Below, one piece after another: positions 27,700 through 37,654 of a DNA stretch of 64,000 nucleotides. Each line of letters opens with the position of its first letter. Position 1 is the first letter of the stretch. Position numbers and translations under genes: made by a program. The stretch is from Chloroflexota bacterium. Lineage in GTDB: Bacteria; Chloroflexota; Dehalococcoidia; Lucifugimonadales; JADFKI01. The stretch covers positions 23,062 to 87,061 of the forward strand of contig JAQBUT010000013.1 in the NCBI GenBank assembly GCA_027623195.1, given 5' to 3'. Below the pieces are notes generated by a model, which did no database searches, was not told where the DNA came from, and saw only the letters and a list, made by a program, of their open reading frames with translations.

Positions 27700-27951
27700 T
27701 TAGATGACCTGCTTCACGACCACTGCTGCGTTTACGGATAAGGTGATCAGGGCCGCGGTAACCAACGAGCCAGCGAACGTGTACAGGAAGAAGGCGCTGG
27801 CATCCAACACAGCCGATGCTCTGCGCTTCGGCAAGTAGATGGCCGCGTGAAGAAACAGAGGCCGCGCGAGGTTCTGGGCCACTAGGACCAAAACCCAAGA
27901 TATTGCGAAAACTGCTGCCAAGCCAAGGGTTACCTCTAGAATTAACATCAC
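27700..27951 (-). CDS. Small 2-TM hypothetical protein
   Basis: AGGAGG RBS; two hydrophobic helices. Confidence 0.6.
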   Translation of the reverse strand: MMLILEVTLGLAAVFAISWVLVLVAQNLARPLFLHAAIYLPKRRASAVLDASAFFLYTFAGSLVTAALITLSVNAAVVVKQVI

Positions 27952-28267
27952 CTGCCTCCTTTGTCTTATATATATTTTGGCTCCGCCAGAATTACAGGAG
28001 TGTTACGGCGTGCAGGCAGTTTTTTGACTTTTGCCTATACCAAATTTGAAGGCTAGGGATTTCCGTGTTCTAGATTGCCCCCGCATTGGATTCATAGGCA
28101 TGGAACCTTCGTCCAAAAGCGTAATCGGAAAAATGGTACCGGGACGATAGGACGGAAGCGGCCAGTTCCGTCATCCAGGACACCAGGAAATTCGGCCCAT
28201 ACGGATGCTACGCCGTTTATCAGGGGCGACGGGGCGTTTACCTTTAATACGCGAGCGCATGGTGTGA

Positions 28268-29707
28268 ATGGAAAATGGGGTAACGATAGAATTGATTTTG
28301 AGTTCGGCTATCTGGTGTAAGGCACGAAGCTTCGCAGTTTGGGTAGCGATATCAGCGATGGGTATTCTTGTCGTAACCGCGTGCGCGCTGCCAGGAGCTG
28401 GTTCTGGGCGAGGCAACGATGTGTTTGCGGCCCCGGCGGTCGCCCCGGCACAAGTCACCAAGTCAAATGACAGCTTCACTCTTAAGGAAGTTCAAAGATT
28501 CCTGGACCCGTCCGGCTCTGCTTTGCTCCAGGAGCCTTTACCTCGGTCTGGCGTCTTGCCATCTAATCCTGGGACTTTGGGGACGAAATTGTGGCTTCTG
28601 GCGCCAACGCCTACGTTTACCGCCGTGACTCAACCATTGCCGACGCCCCCAGCAGGTGAGCCTACGCCACCTATGCCATCACCAACCCCGGTGTGGACGC
28701 CAACCCCTGGAGTCGCGGCAACCCATACCCCGACGGCCGTGCCAATTCAGCATTCGCCCACAAGTACTCCTTCGCCGGAGAGTTCGCCAACGACCACCCC
28801 AACCGCAACATCGACACCGATGCCGGTAGAGTTCGTTAAGGCGCTTTCGATGGGCCAGTTGGTTTTCGGGGTGGATATATCGCCAGATGGGACCAAGCTG
28901 GCAGTAGCCTTAGGAAACAACAGGATAGAGGTGATGGATGTTGAGTTGGGGACCTCTGCGGATCGTTTAAGAGAACACAACGACGCCGTCAATGACGTGG
29001 AGTATTCCCCCGACGGCATTCGCATGGTCTCGGCCTCGGATGACGAAAATGCCATACTGTGGATTCATTATGACCAGTGGGAGATTGACCGTGAGCTGGA
29101 GGATCACAGTGACCCTGTGAATGCCGCAACATTCTCTCCCGACGGCACAATAATAGCCACGGCGTCTAAGGACCAGGGCGTAGCTTTATGGTCTGTGGAA
29201 ACAGGGAAACGTCTGTTGAGTATCAAAGGGCATAGCCAGTCTGTTAACGACGTAGCCTTCTCTCCCGACGGTTTGACTTTTGCGACGGTCTCAAGTGATC
29301 GTTCAGTGAAGCTGTGGAACGTGAGTGACGGCTCGTTCGTAAGAGAGTTTGAAGGCCACCAATCGTCGGTAAATGGGGTAGCCTTTTCTCCAGACGGCGC
29401 ATTACTGGCCTCGGCAAGCGATAATGAAATTCGTCTTTGGAACGTTTCTGATGCTACGACTGCGCGGGTCATCCTGGGGCATGATGACCGCATCAACGTA
29501 GTGTTGTTTACGCCAGACGGCGCGACTCTGATCTCAGGGTCGGATGACAACACCGTGAGGCTTTGGCAGGTCAGCGACGGGCTGCCCATCCAGACGCTTT
29601 CGCAACACACCAGCGCCATAAAGGGCCTCAGCATCACCGATGACGGCAAGACGTTTGTTGTCGGTTCCCGGGATATGTCTGTTAGTGTCTGGAGATTTAG
29701 GGACTAG
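28268..29707 (+). CDS. WD40-repeat beta-propeller lipoprotein with Pro/Thr linker (start uncertain)
   Basis: VTAC lipobox, PT-rich linker, about 7 GH...FSPDG...S.D..V.LW repeats. Confidence 0.88.
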   Translation: MENGVTIELILSSAIWCKARSFAVWVAISAMGILVVTACALPGAGSGRGNDVFAAPAVAPAQVTKSNDSFTLKEVQRFLDPSGSALLQEPLPRSGVLPSNPGTLGTKLWLLAPTPTFTAVTQPLPTPPAGEPTPPMPSPTPVWTPTPGVAATHTPTAVPIQHSPTSTPSPESSPTTTPTATSTPMPVEFVKALSMGQLVFGVDISPDGTKLAVALGNNRIEVMDVELGTSADRLREHNDAVNDVEYSPDGIRMVSASDDENAILWIHYDQWEIDRELEDHSDPVNAATFSPDGTIIATASKDQGVALWSVETGKRLLSIKGHSQSVNDVAFSPDGLTFATVSSDRSVKLWNVSDGSFVREFEGHQSSVNGVAFSPDGALLASASDNEIRLWNVSDATTARVILGHDDRINVVLFTPDGATLISGSDDNTVRLWQVSDGLPIQTLSQHTSAIKGLSITDDGKTFVVGSRDMSVSVWRFRD

Positions 29708-29722
29708 GCAGACGGCTGCAGC

Positions 29723-30340
29723 CTAGCCTAAGGCCAGAGACGCCAAAATCGCCACGGCAAACCAACCCACAAATACCCACGCCACTGCCTTGTTGGGCCA
29801 GGGAATCCTCCTGAGCCAAGGCAAATCCCTCTGCCGAAGCGTGATCGCCAGCGCCGTCAAGGGAAGAAAAACAAGCGTCTCCCGAACGATAACTAAGACG
29901 TTGGACAGGCTCAACAGCGTTTCGATCCGGTACCCTCCACTGGGCAATAATGCTATGGGGGCCTGGAGGCGTATGTCAGCCCAGGGCCACAACAGGCTGA
30001 TGCTTCCCTTGTCACTTGAATCCACCATCATGGAGTCCAATACCAGGTGCGAGAAGTAAACAAGGAATAACATTGCGGCTGTGTGCATAGGACGGGGTAC
30101 TTTGAACATGGCCAGCGCCAATAGCGAAACGAGGCCAAATGCCAGCGCCACCGTCAGGCTGTGAGAGGCTCCGCGGTGAAACGCCCAGATGTTACCGACG
30201 AATAGGCCTCCTACCAGGTCTAAGTCCGCCAGCACGGCCACAACCGCCAGGACGACGCCCTGTTTTCTCTCTCGACTAGACCCGGCCATGCTCTGCGTTA
30301 TAGCCAGGCCCACCAGATAGTGCCCAACAGGTGTAGCCAA
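29723..30340 (-). CDS. Membrane-bound metal-dependent hydrolase (YdjM-like)
   Basis: PVGH, DLD, HRGASHS, SHLVLD, LLWP. Confidence 0.82.
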   Translation of the reverse strand: MATPVGHYLVGLAITQSMAGSSRERKQGVVLAVVAVLADLDLVGGLFVGNIWAFHRGASHSLTVALAFGLVSLLALAMFKVPRPMHTAAMLFLVYFSHLVLDSMMVDSSDKGSISLLWPWADIRLQAPIALLPSGGYRIETLLSLSNVLVIVRETLVFLPLTALAITLRQRDLPWLRRIPWPNKAVAWVFVGWFAVAILASLALG

Positions 30341-30605
30341 CCTTCCCCCCTTGTTACCTGTGCATCACATTAACCGCTACTGGCCACAATGAGCCGAGCA
30401 GCCTTGATCACATTATAAGAGTTGTCCGAATTTCAAGGCTACCAAAACTGGAATAGTCTTAGACAAGTTTGATTCCCAACATGCGACTGGCGACCGAAAT
30501 GCAAGAAGTAAATGAGAAAAGTAAAAAAATAAAGTCTGCTTAAATGGCAAAAGGTCATTCGGAGCGGCTACAACGCACTTACGCCATTTCGATGGAGCCT
30601 TGTAA

Positions 30606-31400
30606 CTAGATGATGCTGGGACTGTCGTCGCGTGGCGTCCAGTCTTCCCCTGCGCCGTCCTGAGGCTGGTAACCAAGCACGTTCCCTGTGGTCTCTATAT
30701 CCCATATGCTGAGAGCGTTGTCCGACTCTCCATTTACTACTGTGAACCCTACCGACGACGGGGCGTCGATGCTTTTCTGTATGAGCTGTGCGGCATCGCG
30801 ATGACTGAGCCATAGGGATAGCGATGGCGGTGAGAAAGTTGGATCGTCCGGCGTCATCACCCAGCCGATACGAAGGCAGATCACAGACAGGCCGTGGGCG
30901 TCATGAAAGTAGCTGCCCAACGCCTCTCCGAAGGCCTTGCTAACGCCGTAATAGCTGTCCGGACGGATTAGTTCCGTTGTGAGAGCAGGGAAAGGCCGTC
31001 GTATTTCGCTAAGCCTACCGTCGTATGCAGCCTTGTACGGGTCCTGCTTGAGAGGGTAGTAGCCAACGACGTGGTTGCTGCTGGCGAACACAACGCGCTT
31101 CACCCCGGCGTCTCTGGCTGCTTCGAAAACGTTTCTGGTCCCGATTATGTTGTTATCCAGAATGGATTCCCAGGGGCCACGAGGGCTTGGGTCAGCGCCA
31201 AGGTGCACTACTACATCCACACCTTCAAAGGCTGGGCGTATGCCGTCGTAGTTGGAGATGTCGGCAACTGTGCTGGGCACGTCGTCCACTTGCACTCTAT
31301 CCAGGCCGCTCAGCGCGTATCGATCACCCAGTTGCCTCCGAATGATGCCACCTATCTGGCCCGCCATGCCCGTGACCAGGACTCGCTTCTTGTCAGCCAA
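30606..31400 (-). CDS. NAD-dependent epimerase/dehydratase family, uronate dehydrogenase-like
   Basis: TGMAGQIG, FASSNH, PDSYYGVSKAFGE, LRIG, WLSHRD. Confidence 0.85.
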   Translation of the reverse strand: MADKKRVLVTGMAGQIGGIIRRQLGDRYALSGLDRVQVDDVPSTVADISNYDGIRPAFEGVDVVVHLGADPSPRGPWESILDNNIIGTRNVFEAARDAGVKRVVFASSNHVVGYYPLKQDPYKAAYDGRLSEIRRPFPALTTELIRPDSYYGVSKAFGEALGSYFHDAHGLSVICLRIGWVMTPDDPTFSPPSLSLWLSHRDAAQLIQKSIDAPSSVGFTVVNGESDNALSIWDIETTGNVLGYQPQDGAGEDWTPRDDSPSII

Positions 31401-31505
31401 GACGTTCTCCTTCAAATGTTTCTAATTGCTTTCATCTGCCCACGAGGCATTGCAAGCGGGCGGATAGCAATTATATAGCAGACTTGCGGCCTTAAATGTT
31501 TTGCG

Positions 31506-32816
31506 TCATTCGGGCGTAGCGCTCCTGGAAGGAGGCCTGGCTACCATAATGAGACCAGTCCCCAAAAGCGACAGCAGGAAGAATGCCGTGAACGCCCTGG
31601 AGTAGCTTAGAGTCAGGTCGAAGGCCAGCGCAGCTATGAGAGGTCCCAGTGCGAATCCGGCAACCTGAACGGCCCTGCTCACGCCGAATATCGTTCCTAT
31701 TCGTCGCCGGCCGTAGTAGTTCGCCAGCATCAATGTGCCCAGAGTCCTTATGCCGCCCTCCGTGAATCCTTGTAGTGCGGCGTACAGATACGCCATGGCC
31801 GGAGTATCTGTTCTCAGCAGCAGCAGCAGGGTGCCGGCCCGGAGGGCGTAGTTAAGCGCCAGAAGGTATCTGGTGGAGTATCTGTCGGCAACCAAGGCCC
31901 ACACCAGGTTGCTAATACCCGACGCCAGGAAACCTATGCTGACTGCCCCGACTGCTAAGGTCGCCGACAGCCCTTGCTGTACCAGGAAAGGCACCAGGTG
32001 AAGCCCGACGCCCGAGCTAGCGATCCCTACAGCGAATGTGGATACGAGAATGAGGGCCAACGCGGGGTGCCGCACGGCTTCCTTAAGTGTCCAATGCTCC
32101 TCATCGGCAATGGCGCTTCCTGAGGGCTGGGTCGGGCTATCGCCGCTTCGAATGGGCAGCGGCAGGTCTCCGTCTATGGCCAGGCCCATGTCCTCAGGCT
32201 GACGCCTTACCAGAATTGCAGTGGGTATTACGCCAAATACCACCATGACTCCGGCCAGAATTAGCCAGGCAGCCCTCCAATGTATATTGTCCATTGTTAG
32301 CTGCACTACCAGCGGCAATATTACTCCGCCAACGGACGTAACGAAAAATAGGGTTGCCAGCGCTCGTCCTCGAAGTCGAAGAAACCATTTGGCAATGGCT
32401 GGCGCCGACGGAGGCTGAATGAATCCCTGGTCGGCCAACCTTGCCAAGCCGAAAGCCAGGTAAAACCATAACAACGTCTGCATCGCCGCCAAATTCACCA
32501 TGGCAACCACCACCATCAGGCCCCCGATTACCAGTGGTATGCGGGCTCCAAAGCTATCAGTCAAACGCCCAGTCAGAAGGGCGGTGGCTGCGCCAAGGAG
32601 GGCTCCGAGACTGGTGGCGCCGGCTATCTCGGTACGGGACCAACCGAACTCGTCGGCAAAAGGCAGAATGAAAACGGTGAGCACGCCTATGGTGGTTGCG
32701 CCGTTGGCAAAATTAATGCCGGACACGGCCGTCAAAACGTGCCAGCCGGGGTAAACGTTACGTCGCGGATGCATTCTCATATAATCGACTGTGGCCTGCG
32801 TATATGCAACGGCCAT
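31506..32816 (-). CDS. MFS transporter (OFA/MCT-like; start uncertain)
   Basis: YPGW, EFGWSR, GRLTDSFGAR, KWF..RGRA, PEDMGLAIDG; about 12 TM. Confidence 0.88.
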   Translation of the reverse strand: MAVAYTQATVDYMRMHPRRNVYPGWHVLTAVSGINFANGATTIGVLTVFILPFADEFGWSRTEIAGATSLGALLGAATALLTGRLTDSFGARIPLVIGGLMVVVAMVNLAAMQTLLWFYLAFGLARLADQGFIQPPSAPAIAKWFLRLRGRALATLFFVTSVGGVILPLVVQLTMDNIHWRAAWLILAGVMVVFGVIPTAILVRRQPEDMGLAIDGDLPLPIRSGDSPTQPSGSAIADEEHWTLKEAVRHPALALILVSTFAVGIASSGVGLHLVPFLVQQGLSATLAVGAVSIGFLASGISNLVWALVADRYSTRYLLALNYALRAGTLLLLLRTDTPAMAYLYAALQGFTEGGIRTLGTLMLANYYGRRRIGTIFGVSRAVQVAGFALGPLIAALAFDLTLSYSRAFTAFFLLSLLGTGLIMVARPPSRSATPE

Positions 32817-32827
32817 TTGAGGTTGAA

Positions 32828-32856
32828 TTGACGTTGGATTTGGCCGCTGCTACACT
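32828..32856 (+). promoter_or_regulatory. Sigma70-type promoter
   Basis: TTGACG-17-TACACT. Confidence 0.6.
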
Positions 32857-32960
32857 CGCGCAGCGAAAGTATTAGTTAACGATATGGCGGCTTCCGTTTA
32901 CGAAGTTGCGGTTATATTCGTAGACTCAGATTTTAGATATTTCAGAAACGGGGAGGGGAC

Positions 32961-33245
32961 ATGATTGGTGTATTAACTCACCATTGGGCCAAACAGGACA
33001 AAATTCAAGAGGCCAAAGACCTGCTGGACGGCAACGGCGAAGCCCAGAGCCGCGCTCCGGGATTTATTGGCCGGGAGACTTACTACTCTCTTAGCGACCC
33101 AACCAAGATTACAACGATGGTTAAGTGGGAGAGTAACGAGATATATGACCAGTGGAGGGCTAGTCCTGAGCGCGCGACCGCTATGTCTGGAGCAGATGCC
33201 CTCTGGTCCAAGGGCGCGGAATCTGAGCGATTTGAAGCGGTTTAG
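32961..33245 (+). CDS. Antibiotic biosynthesis monooxygenase (ABM) family protein
   Basis: APGFIG...KWES...W pattern; GGAGG RBS. Confidence 0.8.
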   Translation: MIGVLTHHWAKQDKIQEAKDLLDGNGEAQSRAPGFIGRETYYSLSDPTKITTMVKWESNEIYDQWRASPERATAMSGADALWSKGAESERFEAV

Positions 33246-33304
33246 CCGATCGTAAATTTACGTGAAGGTCCCTCTCTCGTGAAAATGCGAGGGGCGGGCC
33301 TTTG

Positions 33305-33943
33305 CTATTGGTGCCTGGCGATATTGGGCCACTCTCTGCGCCAGCCACCCAGGCGCTCTATCATGGCTTCCTGCTCGATCATATGTATGATCTCCGCATA
33401 CTTTAGGCCGCGAGAGGAAGAGTCCGATTTGGCGAGGCCCTCGTGCAGAAGTAGGGCATTTACCATGAGGTCACCGACGAAAACGTAGCGAAGGTGTCGG
33501 CCCATTCGGTCTACTTCTAATACGTCCTGTTCCAACAAGACCCTTCTGCCTTCTACGATTTCGCGATTGCGTTCCAAGGCCTCCACAGCGAAAGGCTCTG
33601 CACCAGACACCGGGCGCTTTAAATCGGGAGCGTCGATGCCGATGTAGCCCACCGTCATAAGCTTGCCGTCGACGAAAACCTCAATCGTATCTCCGTCAAT
33701 TACCTTTGTCACTTCTGCTGAGGTAAGTTTCTTGGTCCGGTAAGCGCGCCCAGGTGAGTTTCTGGTAATTCGGTCCATAGCCTGAATTGTTCGCGCAGCG
33801 CCCACATCCTCAAATAAATGAGAAGCTTCGACCTCCTCCTTCTGTAACCAGGAATGCTTCGAATAGCTGGGCGCATTGTGGTAAATGCTCCAGGTGGCAA
33901 CGCCGAAGAACATTACAGCGCAGAAAGCAATAACGAATCGCAT
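33305..33943 (-). CDS. Thermonuclease (SNase) family protein, secreted or anchored
   Basis: VIDGDTI, IGIDAP, DRMGRHLRYV, VNALLLHEGLA. Confidence 0.82.
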   Translation of the reverse strand: MRFVIAFCAVMFFGVATWSIYHNAPSYSKHSWLQKEEVEASHLFEDVGAARTIQAMDRITRNSPGRAYRTKKLTSAEVTKVIDGDTIEVFVDGKLMTVGYIGIDAPDLKRPVSGAEPFAVEALERNREIVEGRRVLLEQDVLEVDRMGRHLRYVFVGDLMVNALLLHEGLAKSDSSSRGLKYAEIIHMIEQEAMIERLGGWRREWPNIARHQ

Positions 33944-34027
33944 ACTGGGATGATTACCTAATTTTCACTGAAAAACATCGTAGTAAGCCCCTAATTTTCG
34001 TATTTCTGTATCGTTATACGGCGCTGG

Positions 34028-34056
34028 TTGACGCCTGTATAGGCGGGGAGTATGCT
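34028..34056 (+). promoter_or_regulatory. Promoter with an inverted repeat over the -35/spacer
   Basis: TTGACG-17-TATGCT; cgcct-gtat-aggcg at 34032-34045. Confidence 0.6.
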
Positions 34057-34084
34057 AACTTCACCCATACCAGGAGGCTCAAAA

Positions 34085-35794
34085 ATGCAAAATCAGCCCA
34101 CTATAACCAACCTCGTGAAGGAAGAAGCCAGGGCGTCTGGCGGGATGGTTGCAGCCAAAGACCCTGCAGCCACCAGGGCGGGGCTGGAGATGCTAAGGAG
34201 CGGCGGTAACGCAGTGGATGCTGCGGTGGCGGTCTGCTTTGCCGTGGGCGTGGTGGAACCGGCCTCCAGCGGCATAGGGGGTGGAGGCTATCTGGTATAC
34301 CAGATGGGACAGCAGGGTGGTGTCATTGGCTTCCCAATGCGAGGTCCGTTGGCCGCGAAGCCAGACATGTTCCAGTTAACCGGCGAGGGCGCGGTAGGCA
34401 ACTTCGGATGGCCGGCAGTTGCCAATAACGAGAATATTGAAGGATACCGATCTATTGCTACTCCGGGTGCCGTAGCGGGCCTTTGTGAGGCACATAAACG
34501 GTTCGGCAAGCTGCCGCTTAAAGATGTGGTGGCTCCTGCGGTGCGATTGGCCAGAGAAGGTCACGCGCCGGGTTGGCACAACCTGTACGCCATGGGCGTC
34601 TTGGCCGGGATGTTGTTCAAGTATGATGAGCTTCGTCGGGTACTGATGCCCGGAGATAATATGCCAACCGGCGACCTGGTAGAGCCAGCTAATCTCAAGC
34701 AGCCTGAGCTTGCCAACATCCTGGAGGCTATTGGCCAACAGGGCCCTGATGCATTCTACAAGGGCGATTTTGCCCAGGCTATGACGTCAGACATTCAGGC
34801 CAATGGCGGAATCCTATCGATGGAAGACCTGGCGCAGTACAAGCCCTTCGTGTGGGACAGGGGCCTGGAGATTTCGTACCGAGGTTACACAGTGCGGGTG
34901 CCGCCGTTCGCCAGCGCGGGCATCACCAGCGCCATGACGTTGAAACTGCTTGATGGCTTCGACCTGGCGTCGATGGGGCACAATAGCGAGGAGATGCTGC
35001 ACACGTACATCTCCTGCGCGCGACTGGCGTATGCCGATCGCTTCGAGTATGTTGCCGACCCAGAGTTCGCCGACGTACCGTGGAACGGCCTGGTTTCCGA
35101 TGCGTACCTCGCTCGCCGTCGCGCCGAGGTGGCGTCGAAGGCGCCTAACGCGTTCCTTCCGGGCGATCCTTGGCAGGAGGAAGGGCGGCGTCCTGAAAAT
35201 GTGCTGGCCTCCAGCAGGCCATCGTTCGACAATGGAACTACCCATCTATGCGTTATCGACGGCGATGGCAATGCTGTCTCCATGACAAACACCATAATGT
35301 CGGGCTTCGGTTCGGGCATCATTCCCAGGGGTACCGGCGTTGTCATGAATAACGGCATGATGTGGTACGACCCCGAGCCCGGTCGTGTCAACTCTATCGC
35401 CCCTGGAAAGTTCCCGCTGAACAATATGACTCCCGCGCTGGTCATGGACTCGGACGGAGTGAAGCTGGCATTGGGAGCCTCCGGAGGCCGGCGCATCACA
35501 AACTGCGTCACCCAGCAGATTGTTAAGATTCTGGACTTTGGCATGGGCCCCCAGGCGGCAATAGACTCTCCCAGGGTTGACTGTAGCATGCCATTCACCA
35601 GTGTCGACCCAAGACTAGATCCTGCCCTGATATCGGCATTGGAGGGCAGGGGCCATTCACCCAAGGTAATTGGTGGCGGATTCGTGGAAACCGGGTTTGC
35701 CAGCTTTGCCAGTCCAGTGGCCATCTTGAAAGGCGACGATGGGCTAACCGCTGGCGTGGACACATTCCATTCGGCATACGCCGAAGGCATTTAG
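34085..35794 (+). CDS. Gamma-glutamyltransferase-family Ntn hydrolase
   Basis: GGNAVDAAVA, SGIGGG, PGAVAG, FYKG, GTTHL nucleophile, GASGG. Confidence 0.88.
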   Translation: MQNQPTITNLVKEEARASGGMVAAKDPAATRAGLEMLRSGGNAVDAAVAVCFAVGVVEPASSGIGGGGYLVYQMGQQGGVIGFPMRGPLAAKPDMFQLTGEGAVGNFGWPAVANNENIEGYRSIATPGAVAGLCEAHKRFGKLPLKDVVAPAVRLAREGHAPGWHNLYAMGVLAGMLFKYDELRRVLMPGDNMPTGDLVEPANLKQPELANILEAIGQQGPDAFYKGDFAQAMTSDIQANGGILSMEDLAQYKPFVWDRGLEISYRGYTVRVPPFASAGITSAMTLKLLDGFDLASMGHNSEEMLHTYISCARLAYADRFEYVADPEFADVPWNGLVSDAYLARRRAEVASKAPNAFLPGDPWQEEGRRPENVLASSRPSFDNGTTHLCVIDGDGNAVSMTNTIMSGFGSGIIPRGTGVVMNNGMMWYDPEPGRVNSIAPGKFPLNNMTPALVMDSDGVKLALGASGGRRITNCVTQQIVKILDFGMGPQAAIDSPRVDCSMPFTSVDPRLDPALISALEGRGHSPKVIGGGFVETGFASFASPVAILKGDDGLTAGVDTFHSAYAEGI

Positions 35795-35804
35795 GCGGAG
35801 TGCT

Positions 35805-36242
35805 ATGCCGTCACTTAATTCCCAGCAGCTAAACGATTTCTTGACTACCGGTAGGCCCTTGATGAAGCTGGGCACCGTTGGCCCGGAGGGATGGCCGTAT
35901 GTCTGTCCGCTCTGGTTCGATTACGACGGGCAGACCTTTACCGTTGCCGGACGCCAAAAGGCCAAATGGGTCGCAAACGTCAAGGCCAACTCGAAGGTCT
36001 CGGTATGCGTGGACACATATGACTCGCCTTATACCCGAGTCATAATGGAGGCCGATGCCGTTATCGAGGACGAGGCTTGGCTGCACTCTGCCCCAACCAG
36101 GGCGATACGTTACCTGGGCGAAGAGGAGGGGATGCGTTACTTCAACAGCACCAAGAACGAGCCTCGATGCCTAATCAGGATAACGCCGCGGACCGTCAGC
36201 ACGTGGACGGGTGGAGGCTGGCACCCCAAATATCGCGCCTGA
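35805..36242 (+). CDS. Pyridoxamine 5'-phosphate oxidase-like split-barrel protein (possibly F420-dependent)
   Basis: LGTVGPEGWPYVCPLWF, W..N...N.KVS, IRITP. Confidence 0.8.
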   Translation: MPSLNSQQLNDFLTTGRPLMKLGTVGPEGWPYVCPLWFDYDGQTFTVAGRQKAKWVANVKANSKVSVCVDTYDSPYTRVIMEADAVIEDEAWLHSAPTRAIRYLGEEEGMRYFNSTKNEPRCLIRITPRTVSTWTGGGWHPKYRA

Positions 36243-36324
36243 TTTTAGGTTTTTTGGGGGAAATAAGGGGCTAGTGGGCTCTGAACCAAATTGGCAAATT
36301 CCAGGTGCATGATATTTGGCCGGT

Positions 36325-37158
36325 TCAGGATTCTGGTGTCCAGCTAATTAATCCCTGCCTGCCGCGCCCTATATCTCTTACAACAAGCCCGTCCGGAGTC
36401 TCGACAAGCAGGTCCTCGACAGCCTTTTTCAAGCGCTCCTCCTCCTCCGTATCGGGCTTCACGTAAAGCCGTCCCAAAAGTTGATCGTGCGCTTCTTGCT
36501 GGCTTTCGAAGGTCTGAAGGGGTGAGGGCTCGAACATCTCAACGTCGGGGTATATGTCCATCTCCCAGAGCAGCGGCATCAGTTCTGACAGGCCGGGCAT
36601 GTCGATGCGCTCCTCGCCGTGCACAGGAAGCCAGAATGGAGACATGCGGGAAATGGGCGCTCGCATGAAACACAGGATCATCACCTGTTCTTTAGCGTGC
36701 TCCGCCAGCTTGCGAATGAACGGCTCCGCATCAGCCACGCCGTAAAGCACGTGGGCGCATATGACTACGTCGGCAGGTTCCACTTTCGCGTCTTCCCAAA
36801 GGCTTTGCACCACGGAGACATTGGTTATCTCTGACTGCTTCGCCTCCTCCTGAAGCTGCTCGATCATGCTCTGTGAAGGTTCGGCGACGGTGACGTGGGT
36901 CACCTTCAAGGCCAGCGGTAACGCGATGCGTCCTGCGCCGCCGCCTACGTCCAGCACAGTGGAATCAGCGCCGATTTTGGATGCGATCTTGTCCATTACC
37001 GGGTCGTCCGCGCGCCTAGGGTCCTGCCGGAAATATTGAGCGAAGGGTCGCCAGAAATCGCCGGACGACCAGTGAGCATCGGCCTGTACCTTCTCCGACT
37101 GCGCGTGGTGCGATTCTACCCGTTGTTTCCAGGATTCAATTGCTGAAGTCAATTCCAC
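36325..37158 (-). CDS. Class I SAM-dependent methyltransferase
   Basis: VLDVGGGAGR, EPS..M, DVVICAHVLY. Confidence 0.87.
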   Translation of the reverse strand: MELTSAIESWKQRVESHHAQSEKVQADAHWSSGDFWRPFAQYFRQDPRRADDPVMDKIASKIGADSTVLDVGGGAGRIALPLALKVTHVTVAEPSQSMIEQLQEEAKQSEITNVSVVQSLWEDAKVEPADVVICAHVLYGVADAEPFIRKLAEHAKEQVMILCFMRAPISRMSPFWLPVHGEERIDMPGLSELMPLLWEMDIYPDVEMFEPSPLQTFESQQEAHDQLLGRLYVKPDTEEEERLKKAVEDLLVETPDGLVVRDIGRGRQGLISWTPES

Positions 37159-37408
37159 GCTCCTTCAAATGTGCAGGTTTGGGCTCTATAAGTTACAAGG
37201 CCAATTATTGCAGTGGAGAACATGTTTGCCAATAGCAGAGAAGCTTGAACAAAGTGTCAAAGCCTTCTTTCGGCTCTACACCGCCGCAAACTGGATTTGT
37301 AACCCTATCCACGCCCTGCCACTTTAGTGACTGGATGTTTCGCCAGGTACTCCTATTGAAAGAAATTCCGTTGCATACCGCATGGCGGAAGTGTATCCTT
37401 CTTACGCT

Positions 37409-37654
37409 ATGGATATTGCACGTTTCGCAGACACCCCGTTTTCCTGGGCAATCGTCGGTTTCATCATCGGCATTGCTCTTGGCGTCAACGCCATATCGGT
37501 GATATTGCTGGCCATCGGCCTGGGACTCTTCCTTCTTTACCTGCGCCTGCACGGCCCCGCCGAACAATCGACCGAGGGCCGATTATTCGCTGCAGGTCCC
37601 GTCTTCATTGTCAGTTGGATCGTGGGCTTCGTGGTGCACGGCCTGGCCTTCTAA
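37409..37654 (+). CDS. Small 3-TM hypothetical protein coupled to lutA
   Basis: Hydrophobic ORF; TAATG overlap with lutA start. Confidence 0.65.
   Translation: MDIARFADTPFSWAIVGFIIGIALGVNAISVILLAIGLGLFLLYLRLHGPAEQSTEGRLFAAGPVFIVSWIVGFVVHGLAF

Noticed and set aside
34885..35790. 301-aa antisense ORF
   Set aside because: It mirrors the GGT-like gene on the opposite strand; typical GC-rich shadow ORF with no motifs.
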